Assembly: GCA_012862495.1 (NCBI GenBank)
Contig: BLSG01000299.1
Coordinates: forward strand, 87,772 to 144,656
Source: Thraustochytrium aureum
Lineage: Eukaryota
Reading direction: 5' to 3'
DNA length: 56,885 nucleotides
Positions 34,601-45,398 of this stretch are shown here, piece after piece. Position numbers and translations under genes: made by a program. The notes under the pieces were generated by a model that had not been told where the DNA came from, did not search any database, and worked only from the letters and a program-made list of their open reading frames with translations. Position 1 is the stretch's first letter. The number at the start of each line of letters is the position of its first letter.

Positions 34601-37600
34601 GGGAAGACCTTGTCGACTTGGACAACCTCGACTATCTCGGCGTTGCCCCAAAGGACCGGTTGGGGAATCAAGAGGTTGAAGGCATATCTGGGCTGGATCC
34701 TGGGCGGACGCGCGAGGAAGACGAATCAGCCGCCCAAGATGAAAGAAAGATGACGGCGGCGAGCAAATCGAAGACGAGGAGGCGTCCGAGCGCCGAAAGG
34801 CCGAAGAGGAGCTCCGCGCCAAAATGCAGCTACTCCCGAGCGAGTTGCCGCCAGTCACGCTGCCGCTCCCAGAGTTGAAGCTGGGAACAAGGCATGCGCT
34901 CCTCCAGTTTGGGGCGCCGCTGGAGCAGCTGTACGATGTTGGCCTCACGGAAACCGAGTTTGAGCGCGTGCTGGAGCTGAGCAGGTCAGAGCCCGACGTG
35001 GAAGCGCTCGAGCATCGTCTTCGCTCTATCGGGACCACCGTGACCGCGAAGAAGGCAGAGGAATTAATGCAAGAGCTGCCCTCGAAGAAGCTGCTTATCA
35101 AGTTTATGGACAGATATCGGGAGCGCCCGCTCCGCGACCTCGAGGCAGAACTCGCAGAGCACTTTGGCCTCCTTCGGCGCGAAGCGCCAGTAATTGCAAG
35201 GGCGCTGCGCGCTTTGGTCGAGCAAGACCGTGCTCTGGCCGGCTGCGCAGACGTGCAAGGGTTGTGGCGCTCGAACTCCAGCGGGAGTTGCCGGGTTGCG
35301 GCGCGGGACATTGCGGAGACCTTGCAGGACATCGAGAACAAAGAGAGACACGCCGCCAAGCAGGCTAAAACCAAACTAGAGTCTGCCAAACTGCGCGCGG
35401 CAGAGCAAGCCGCGCTTGAAGGCGACGTTGGAGACAGCAGCGACAGCGATGGCGAAAGTGCCGACGGCGAAGCATCTCCCGACGCCGACCCTGCTCAAGT
35501 GGATTTGTCCGAGGAAGTCCCTGACACGAACTCTGTTGACCGCTCGCGCTCAGGGCAGAAAGCGATCGGCAACGGGGACGGGGACGGTCCTGACGACGGA
35601 GGTGCTCCGCCCGAGGCCGAGGAAAGCCCAGACCAACTTGCGCTGCAAGAAAGCAGCAAGCGAAAAGCTCGCGTGCGCGAGCTTCGCGATGGGGTCTTGG
35701 AGCGAATGCAAGAACTGCGCGTCGCCGAGCTTGAGTTCGAGCGTGCAGAACGAAACCGAATCGGCATTCTGTTCCGGGAAAATGCGCGCCTTGACGAGGC
35801 AACAGACGGACCCGAAGCGCGAGCATCTGCGTCGCTCTCGCAAGACACCCCGGTTGGAAGCCGAGCCTTGGACGCTGATGCATCAGGGGCCAGCTCGGAC
35901 GATGGGGCATCGCGCTCGCGCTCGAGCAAGCTGATTCGGCGCGTGTCCCGGTCGGTGTCGTTCCTGAACCCGGAGGAGGTGAGCGAACTCCTAAGCGAGG
36001 AGGAAAGCTACGAGCGGCGGGCAATGCAGGCCCTCAGCGAGCAGCGCCGGAAGGCGGGCTGGCTTGCGCTTCGCAGTGCTGCCAAAGTGCAGGCCCTTGG
36101 GCCGGGGTCCAAGGGCGATGTCGAGGCTGCGCGGTGGTTTCTCAACCTCGAAAAAGCCAGCATCCAAGAAGCAACCATTCGCCACCGTTGCAACTGGATG
36201 GAGCGGTATCGAACCATCCTCGCGCTGCCCGATGCCACGCCGGACGACTTTGTCCTCAAGTACTCGAAGCTGCTCAACCTGTACGAGGACTTTTTGCGCG
36301 CCGCCGTGGCCTTTGCACGCACCATAATCCTGGAGCAGCACCTTCCAGACAGTCAAAAATCGATCTTGCCAACCCGGTTCCGCGACGCGGACGTCGGTAG
36401 GGGGGACCAAAGGGCCTACTATTTAGTTGGCAACATCCACTTCAAGTTCGCCACGGACGAAGACGGGATTTGCAACGGCTCGGAGGAACATGCTGCCAAG
36501 TACTACGGTCACGCGATCCGAAACGCTGTTGCCTTTTCCAAGTGCAAGACCCCCCGTGTGCTAGCGCCCTTCGAGGTCACCGTAGACTACAACGGGTCGC
36601 GTGTGCTTGCGTCTGCTCATCTCCCGATTGAGTTTAACACGTTTGACGTCAAAGGCAAGCTCAAGCGCTCCGAGGTGGACCACGTGCTGGGCTCGTGCGA
36701 CAGGGGCAAGACGGTCAAGAACGAGGACAAGAGCTTGGACCGACTCTTAGCTCAGGCGGCGAGCAAGCTCTCCTTGTCGCAGCACGGCGTCAAAGGCGAG
36801 CGGGACCTGCTGCCCAAGTATCTTTGCACGCCCGCAGACATGTGTGGGTACCGCGACTTCAAGTCGGCCACGTTTTATCTCGTAAACTTTCGCCGCTTGT
36901 TTCCCCCAGAGGACCCCGAGGAGACGCCACACCTGCCGCGGGCGGCTCGCGGGCACTCTATCTTCTGGCGCCAGGCGAGGCCCGAGCTAGTTGCGCAAGG
37001 CGGTGTGCCGCTTAGCGCCGATTCGCTCTCGCTGTTCACGCTTGACACCCCTGACTGGGAGCAGCACAGCATCGCCGCAAAACAGGCAACTCGGCGCCTA
37101 GTCCGCGATCGGATCCCCGAGTACGCCGAAGAGCTGGCGCAGCGTCCGCGTGACGAGGTGCACGATTCGGACGTGACGCGCGAGATGCACGCCCGGGGCA
37201 TCAACATGAGGCACCTTGGCCTTTTGCGCTCCAAATTTTGGCGCCGCGTCAGAGGCACTGCGCGCGTGACCTTCTCGGAGCGGGTGCTGGTGTTTTCTCA
37301 CGACGCTACGAAGGAAGTCAAGCCCAATCAGCAAATACGGCTTCGCGACCAGCTCTTTCGCGTCTCGGACAACCCCGCAGACCCGTACAACAGCGAGACA
37401 CACACGATCTGCATCGCTCGCTCGGACCGCGCGGAATGCACCGACGATGGCGAGCAAAGCCAAGCGACTGCGAGTCGAGCAGCTGTCGCTGCTGCAGAAG
37501 AGCTCGACACAGATGTCCCGCTGTACTCGTCGTACGATGAAGAGGTGTTCACGGGCGAAGTCAGCTCCGAGCACAACTCAGACCTTGTTCGCTCGTTGCT

Positions 37601-40600
37601 CTTGTCCGAGATTCTCGCGCGCACGTTCAAGCAGCTGGCCCGAGCTTTGCTACGCGAAGTATGTGCAGAGCTGAAGGCACCGTCCGACATCGCAACAGAG
37701 CGCGTGCTAGTGCACATGCTCAACTTGATCTCCGGAGCGTCGAGCGGTTCTGACGCGTTTTGGATAGACGAGGTGGTCGGCGAGGTCGAGGAGCGTTTCG
37801 GCAAGTGCGCACTGAGCGAGATCGAAAAGCTCAACCTTCGAGTCGAGGTGGAGAATGCCGGTGTGCTGCCGCGCCTCGTGGACCGCTTTCTCGAGGGGTT
37901 TGGGGCCAGGATCCTCGAGCCGTGCCGCTCGCGCTTTGCCGAGGCCTGCGGCGCGATCAAAGATTGTGCGTGCTCGTTCGCCTTTTTGCAATCCGACCTG
38001 GCGCCGGTCGGCTGCAGGGTCAAGCACAACCTGTTCTTGCATGAATTCTGTCAGGGACTCGTTCTGGCGGCAGAGGGGCGGCTCGTTCGGTCCTTGACTT
38101 ATGAGTCAATCGTCGTTCGCGATGCGCCTTGCGCTTACTGGCCACTGAGCGAGCGTCCTGGATCCAAGATTGCGGTCAACCGCGGCTGGACTGGTCTGCG
38201 GCTGTCGGGCAGGATCACCGAAGCCAAGCCCGGAGCGCCGGCGTTTGTGAAAAACCAGTGGCCAGAGCGCTCGATGGGATTTCCTGCATATCGCGACCCA
38301 AGTGGGGAAAGCGACGAAGAGGAGGAGGGAGCGGCGGCGGCGGATCAGCCGGAGGGTAAGCGTGCCGGCTACGCCTCAATGAAGCTCGGCAAGCAGAGCG
38401 CAAAGGCGTTGGCCCAAGCGACCGCCGATTCAGACGGCCAAGCCCGCGGCGATTCCGACGAAGACACCGACGACGGCAAGGTCATGGCGGCGAGCAAAGC
38501 GTCCGCAAATCCAAAGGCAAAACGGAAGGGGAAAGCGAAACCCCCGCAAATGCATGTAGCGTCGCCTCGCGTTGACGTCCCCTTTCATGCGAAAGTGGTC
38601 CCGCGCGAGCGTCTCGCTGCGTTCAGCGTGGAGTGCTGGGCCCGCGCGGAGGTCGCCGACGGCAAAGAGCGTTTTCTCGTACGCTGCGGCCGGTTTGCGC
38701 TCATGTGCAATAGGCATCTGGCCTTTGCTTTCGTATTGTACGACGCCAAATTCGCGATCGAGGTGGAGCTCAGTTGCCCTGCAAAGTCACTCGACTACGA
38801 GTGGCACCATGTTGTCGGGACATTCGATGGGACGCAAGCAAGCCTCTACGTTGATTCAAAGTTGGTGGAGCGGGTGGACTATGACGAGGCCGCTCGTGAG
38901 CGAAGCCGTGGCTATGCGATGCGGCAGGCGCAGCTCGAAAGCGACCGACGTGCCGCAGAGCTTGCAGAGCGCGATGGTGCCGCCGCCGCCGCCCGCTCCG
39001 AGGCCTCGGTCTACTTCAAAAGCAAGGCCGGCCAAATCTTCCTGAGCTCGGCGATGAAGAGGCTGATCTCGCGCTCAGAAGCGCGCCTCAAGCTGAACAG
39101 AGACAAGGCCAGGATTCTGGGCCTCAAGGCGTTGAGTTCTGGCGAGGCCCGCACGCGGGCTGTCCAGGACTGGATTCGGAACCGCACTGGCGAGCACCTG
39201 GAGAAGATCACCGAAAAGCACCGCCAGCTGATCAAGAAGCGCAAAGAGCTGCGCAACAGGCGCCTAATGGTCGCCGAGCAAAAGGCAGGCCTCCCGCTGC
39301 GCATCGGGGCCGGATTCGCAAGCACCGGTGGGCCCAAGGGGTGCTTTACCGGGGCTCTTCAGCATGTAGCCGTCTACACGCACGCGCTGTCCCGCGACGC
39401 GATAAACCAGCGGTTCCACGTCGCAAAGAGCGACTTGGGGCAAGAAGCGGAGCGGCTTTTCGCAGAGTCTGCGCGATTCTTCACAGACGCGCTGGTCCGC
39501 TGCTACGATGACGAGATGGTGCTCGAGCAGTACGCGCGGGTGATAGCAGACTTCGCCGCTGTGGACCGCGACGGGCGCAGCGACGTGGATGCATTCGCGC
39601 GCAAGATCCGGCGCAACCTGCGTGGGTTTGAGCATACGGCAAACGTGCGTGGCATAGCTTCGCTCATGTGGTCGATGCCGGACATGGTCGAGTACGCAGT
39701 GGTGGCCACAGAGTGCTGGCGGGCTGCCAAGCGTGTGGACGAGGGGTACTTTGCGGGGGGGCTGTTTTCGGAGCGGAAGCGCAAGCTTTGGCTGCTGGAG
39801 CAAGTGCCGGATCGCTTTGGGCTGTGCGGGCCGGCGGCGCGCACAAGGCCGGCATTGCGCGAAGCGGCTGCAGACATGTACAAGTACGTTTTGTCTCACC
39901 AAGACGACTTTTACGGGCCGCACGTCGGGTACGTGGGGTGGATCTCGCGCTTGCGCACGCCGTCGCTGGTCTGCTATCTCGTCTCCAAGGTCAAGCACGT
40001 CCTCGCCAACAAGCACAAGCAGGACCAGTTCCGGCGCTTTGTCGAACAGCGCGCCCGCATTGACCGCTTGTTTGAGGAGTCCGAGGAAGTCGCGGCTCGC
40101 ACCGAGGTCTCAGAGGCCGAAAAAGAGTGCCAGCGGTGCCTCCTCACCCTAAACCTGTCGGAGGAGGCCCGGGACGTCGAGTCGGACGAGCTGCTCGACG
40201 TATGCGACAACATTCGACTGCTAGAGTCGTTGAACGTGTCGCGGTGCGCGGCGTTGAGTGCAAGCGCGCTCTGCAGCATCCCGGCCAAGTGCAAGTTTCT
40301 GGACGAGCTGCTCGTGAATGAGTGCGCAACAGTCGACGATGTCCTACTTTGCGCAGTTGCAGACAATTGCCCGAGCATCCGCGTGGTTGAAGTTGCGGGG
40401 TGCCGCCAGGTTTCTGACGCCGGCCTTGCAGCGCTCGCGCGCAACTGCAGCAACCTGCGGCAAGTGAATCTAGCGCGATGCGAGCTGATCAGTGACGCTG
40501 GCTTAGCAGAAGCTGCGCCGCACCTGCGCAAGCTAGCGTGGCTCGACTTGTCGTGGTGCCTCCTCCTGTCCAATAGCGGTTTGTACAAGCTGGCCAGCAC

Positions 40601-41830
40601 CGGGCCTGCAAAATCGCTGGTGCACTTGGGCCTCGTCGGGTGCCGTCGCCTCAGCGACGACGGCATCCTGGCAATGTGCAAGCACCTCACAGCGCTCGAG
40701 TGGCTTGACGTTTCGTACTGCAACAAAATTACGGACCTGGGCGGCGTTGCAATCACGCACAGCCTCCTCGAGCTTCGCGTGCTGAGCTTTGCAGACTTGT
40801 TCCAGATCACCGACAAGCCCTTTTTCTTCGACGCTGTGGGTGACGGGCGGGCCATGGCTGACCAGAGGATGCTGGGCAAACTGGAGGAGCTTGACCTCAC
40901 AGACTGCAAGCAGGTCACCGACCACGCGGTGGCCGAGATTGCGCGGCGCGCACCTCGCCTAGGAACTCTCAAGCTCAACAGCTGTGCGCGAATCACGGAA
41001 GAGGCTGTCAANNNNNNNNNNNNNNNNNNNNNNNNNNNNNNNNNNNNNNNNNNNNNNNNNNNNNNNNNNNNNNNNNNNNNNNNNNNNNNNNNNNNNNNNN
41101 NNNNNNNNNNNNNNNNNNNNNNNNNNNNNNNNNNNNNNNNNNNNNNNNNNNNNNNNNNNNNNNNNNNNNNNNNNNNNNNNNNNNNNNNNNNNNNNNNNNN
41201 NNNNNNNNNNNNNNNNNNNNNNNNNNNNNNNNNNNNNNNNNCAACGTGCTCGTCCGCTGCCCGATCACTGGGGCTCGGCGCGGGGAGGCACTTGTTGCTC
41301 TGGACTTTTCGTACTGCTCGGAGGTGACTGGGGCAACGCTCGCGGTTCTCGGCGAGAGTTGCCCGCAGCTCCAGTCGCTCGCGTTGTCAGGGTGCGTCAA
41401 GCTCACGGACAAGCACCTGCGCAAGCTCTGTCTAGCTTGCTCGGGCCTCCAGACGCTCGCTCTGGCGCATTGCAAGAACCTGTCGGACTCTGCCGTGGAG
41501 GCCATGTGCGAGCACTTGTGGATCGAGCAGCTCGACCTTTCGTATTGCAACCGCATCACGGACCGTTCGCTTGGTATGCTGGCAGAGCACTTTTCGGGCT
41601 TGACGCACCTCGGCCTCGCCTGGTGTCGCAAGTTGACGGACTCTGGGTTGAACGTGCTTGCCGAGTCGTGCACGTGGCTCGCCGAGCTGCACGTGGCCGG
41701 CTGCGATGCGTTTTCGCAGGGCGTTCTCGACAAGGTTCGCTCGACAAACCCTGGTTGTTCTGTATATCGGCAGCGCATCGAGGTGTCCAACCCAGGCGAT
41801 CCAGACCGCCCGTGCGCCCTCTTCTGCTGA
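31645..41830 (+). CDS. Giant (~3300 aa) multidomain protein: coiled coil, EF-hand-like, IQ, Clu (clustered-mitochondria) domain, LamG/concanavalin-like, C-terminal FBXL-type LRRs; frameshift ~34745; N gap 41012-41241
   Basis: EF-like [23 protein letters not shown]-like [12 protein letters not shown]; Clu-like [40 protein letters not shown]; LamG-like [43 protein letters not shown]; many LxxLxLxxC LRRs from ~40140 to ~41760. Confidence 0.8.
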
Positions 41831-41991
41831 GCTGATTGCCCGTTACCTCGAGGCCAATCCCATGAGGAGCAGCGGCCTCACGAGCGCAAAACTAGAGTAG
41901 GATGTACTTGCACTGTATGAAAAGCATTCTGCTGCATCCTCAGGCCCCGTTCAACGAGCTGAGCAGTCTACTGCTCCAGGGGGCTGACTCA

Positions 41992-42069
41992 CCACATGGG
42001 TTGCTATCACTGGCACCGCCAACGCCGCTCTCCACTTGGGTCGCTATCACTGGCACCGCCGACGCCGCT
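41992..42069. repeat. 40-bp tandem duplication in intergenic DNA
   Basis: ccacatgggttgctatcactggcaccgccaacgccgct at 41992 and ccacttgggtcgctatcactggcaccgccgacgccgct at 42032. Confidence 0.9.
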
Positions 42070-42414
42070 GGCTGGCGTTAAATCGAAGAGCCCAGGTGCT
42101 CGCGCGCCATGCGATCAACGAGGGAGCGAGTTGAGTCGAGCACGTTGTCGTGCGATTAAGTAGAGGGAGGTTGCGCCACTTCGAGTGCCAGGAGGACGAG
42201 GACCTGGCCCGAACAAAACCCACTTGGCGTCCGCTGCCAGAGCCGCTCAGCCGGCTTCATCAGTCGCCGCGAGACCGCGAGCTGCCGCCCAGGCGGTTGT
42301 TTCTCGGGGCAGGCAGCCAGGCAGCCAGGCAGCCAGGCAGCAAGCCAGGCGGGCGGGCATCCAGGTCGTGGAGCGAGCCCCCCTCGACGAGCGCGGGGAA
42401 TAGACGGGTCGAAG

Positions 42415-43676
42415 ATGGCCAAGCGCAAGGCCAGCGACGGCGCCGCGGAGCCCAAGACGAAGAAGAGCAAGGCCGTCGACGGCGCTGTGGAGGCCAAGGC
42501 GAAGAAGAGCAAGGCCAAGCCCCAGGATGGCGAGGTCAAGGCGAAGAAGGTGAAAAGTGCGAAGAAGCCAGCAGCAAAGCCAACGACGGCGAAAAGGGTC
42601 GCGGACCGGCGGAGGGGCCAAGGCCACGAAAAAGACTGCCGCTGCCGCAAAGGGCGCGGAGAAGCCCGGCCTTGGCGATGGCGCAGCTACGAGCGAGGGC
42701 GCGCCGGCGAACGCGCTCACCCGGGAGGCCAGCAAGGAGTCCACGGCAGTTGCCGTCGTCTCGTACGTGCCGCGCAACCCAGGAGGCAAGCTCAAGGCGC
42801 CAGAAGGGCTGAGTGCATGGGAGGAAGAGGCCGGCACCGTTGCAGAGGTCTCGATCAACGAGCTGATGCGATTCTGCGCCGTCGTGTTTGAGCAGGACTG
42901 CAGCGCCACAATCGACGGGCAGCGGGTCATCCAGTGGGAAACGGTAGCGGCCCGCGCGCAGTCCAAGGCGCTGGCATGGGATCAAGCCAAGTGCAAGGCC
43001 GTGTGGAAGCTGCTCTCGCATGGGCGCATGCCCCAGCCGAAAACCGACAAAGACCTGGAGGCCTATTGGGCTCCCTTTGACACCGTCGAGTACAGCAGAC
43101 TCTTAAACGGAGACCCATTGCAGCTGTGGTTCCCGCCAGACGGGGCCTGGGCGAAAGAGGGCCCGCTCTACTTTTTCAACCAGTACAAGGCAATCATGGA
43201 GGAGCGGCAGAGCAGCGCGTTGCAAAAAACGCAGCTGCTAGAGTTGCTCGGCATACAAAACAACGGCACGCTCAAACTCCAAAGCGCTAGCGATTCGCTG
43301 GCCGCGGATGAGGACGTCGCGCGAGCGTCCAGCCTGCTGCTGCAGCAGGCCGCGACGGCGGCCCTCGCGGCCTCGAGCGACGCGTACGGCGCACTGGGGG
43401 CGGTGGGCCTGGTCCTCGCCGCTTGCTGCGACACCGTCTGACGTGGCAGCGAAGCTCGCGTTCGCCCTCTTTGAGGGTGCGAAGCAACAGGAGGCGGAGC
43501 GGGCGAAACAAGACCTAGACCACCGGGTGCACGGAGAAGATCGCGGTGAGGGCGGCGTCGCCCACGACGCTGGCAACCTGCCCAGCGCGGCAGAGCCGGC
43601 GCAAGGCAGCGCTCGACGACCAAGCGTCCGAGATGTGGTAGGTATTGACGACGAATCGGTGCCATTCGCGGAATAG
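42415..43676 (+). CDS. Probable nuclear protein: histone-H1-like Lys/Ala-rich N-terminus plus a Myb/SANT-like helical segment; frameshifts ~42603 and ~43430
   Basis: The N-terminus reads MAKRKAS..KTKKSKA..KAKKSKA..KAKKVKSAKK. A later segment IQWETVAAR...WDQAKCKAVWKLL resembles a Myb/SANT repeat. ORFs 42415, 42557-43441 and 43308-43676 chain together. Confidence 0.55.
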
Positions 43677-43844
43677 GCCCGGCGCCGTCGGAGGAGGTGG
43701 CGGCGGCGGCGTTCGCGAACGTGCCGCCCTGTGCAAGGCCGGCCTTGCGGCGGGCTGCCAATCGCCGCCCCCTTGGTCTTGGTCTTGGGGAAAGAAGATC
43801 GTACCAGTAAGGAAACAAGGGAAAAGTGCACAAAATGCTGTGAA

Positions 43845-44450
43845 TCAGAACAGGGTGTTGGAGAGGACCTGCGCGAGCTGCGGGAGCTCGGCGTCGGCGG
43901 CGGCGGCGCTCGCCTTCGACTTGGCCTGGTTGCCGTGAGCGGCAGGCATGATGAACTTGTCGCCGACGAGCTTGGCAGCGGGGAAGTCGCCCGAGATGCG
44001 GTCCGTGCTGCAGTTGAGAAACTCGCCGAGCACCTTGGCGGGGATCTCCTGGTAGGTCAGGGCCACTGTGTCGAAGATGGAGCGACGGAGGGCACCCTCC
44101 AGGCTCGGCACGACGGCGAGTACCTCGGTCTTCTTCTGCAAGAGCTCCCAAAAGGCCTTGTACTGGCAAACCTCGAGCTTCTCGCAGAGCTTGGTCAGCG
44201 CGACCACGCTCTCGATGTTCTGGTACTGGTCGGGGACGAGGTAGAGGCAGAGCTTGAAGTCGGCGTTGGGCGTCTGAGCGAGCGCGAGGCCGAGGATCTT
44301 GAGGAGCACGTCCATCTCGATCACGTTCGAGTTGGGGTCCGGGTTGAACTGGTACAGCTTGAGGATGGCCGTGTTGATCTCCGGGTCATACCAGCCTTCC
44401 TCCACCTGCGCGTGCACGCAGGTGGTCAGCTGCGGCAGCACGGCCTTGTT
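43845..44450 (-). CDS. EIF3K: Eukaryotic translation initiation factor 3 subunit K; 5' end lost in the N gap at 44451-44630
   Basis: YDPEINTAILKLYQFNP, KILGLALAQTPNADFKLCLYLV, LEVCQYKAFW and IFDTVALTYQEI match the characteristic eIF3k PCI sequence. Confidence 0.9.
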   Translation of the reverse strand, partial: NKAVLPQLTTCVHAQVEEGWYDPEINTAILKLYQFNPDPNSNVIEMDVLLKILGLALAQTPNADFKLCLYLVPDQYQNIESVVALTKLCEKLEVCQYKAFWELLQKKTEVLAVVPSLEGALRRSIFDTVALTYQEIPAKVLGEFLNCSTDRISGDFPAAKLVGDKFIMPAAHGNQAKSKASAAAADAELPQLAQVLSNTLF

Positions 44451-45398
44451 NNNNNNNNNNNNNNNNNNNNNNNNNNNNNNNNNNNNNNNNNNNNNNNNNN
44501 NNNNNNNNNNNNNNNNNNNNNNNNNNNNNNNNNNNNNNNNNNNNNNNNNNNNNNNNNNNNNNNNNNNNNNNNNNNNNNNNNNNNNNNNNNNNNNNNNNNN
44601 NNNNNNNNNNNNNNNNNNNNNNNNNNNNNNAATATGCCGCTCCTGCGCTCCTTCTGCCGTGTCTTCAGCAAACGGGCTGTTCGTCGTCGAGCCGCGAGTC
44701 GCGCTTCTGCCTGGAGCCCTGCTTCCTCTTGCTCGCCTTGTGTCCACACAAACCCTCCCTGAGGAACACACGAGGGCTCTTCGCTGGACTCTGCCGGAGG
44801 TAAATGTCGGGCAGATATTCGGCGAACGATCGATCGAGCCCCACCCTGAATCCTGATTGTCAGGTGCCTGTACGCGCTCCTGCGCAGAATGCCGCGGTGT
44901 TTTGATGGCCGCTCTCGTCATACACCACTCTAGGTACTCTACATACTTGGAGCTTCTCCGGGTGCTTTACAGTGTTGAGTACGTTGTTGTGTTGATGTTG
45001 AAATGCCTGCGAACTTGAAAATGCCTGCGAACCTCCAGTGCATTCATGCGGTCCTGACGGCTGCGCGACTGTCTCGAGTCTGTTGCGGCGCAGCGTGCCG
45101 TTAGGTTTGCATGGATGGAGGCTCTCATGCCTCACGTTTGCTTTGGGGCGCGGCGGCGGAGAGCGAGGCGGTTGCGGAAAGCGTTGTCGGGCGACGGCTC
45201 TCGAGAACTCGAATTTGGTCGAGCGCTCATGCCGATTCTTGGCGGATTCAAAACAAGGTTGACGTGGTGCTGCGCGTGGACGTGGCGCTGCGCGTGGGCG
45301 CGAGGAAGAAGAAAAAAGAGTTCTCGGCGCTTTTTTTGCGAGTTTGCTCGTTGCAAGGCGGGTCTTCGCGCGACGGGACGCAAACCGCTGTTTTGGGC

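Noticed and set aside
41992..42069. 40-bp duplication as a possible mini-array or element end
   Set aside because: Two adjacent copies with no spacer; an ordinary tandem duplication.
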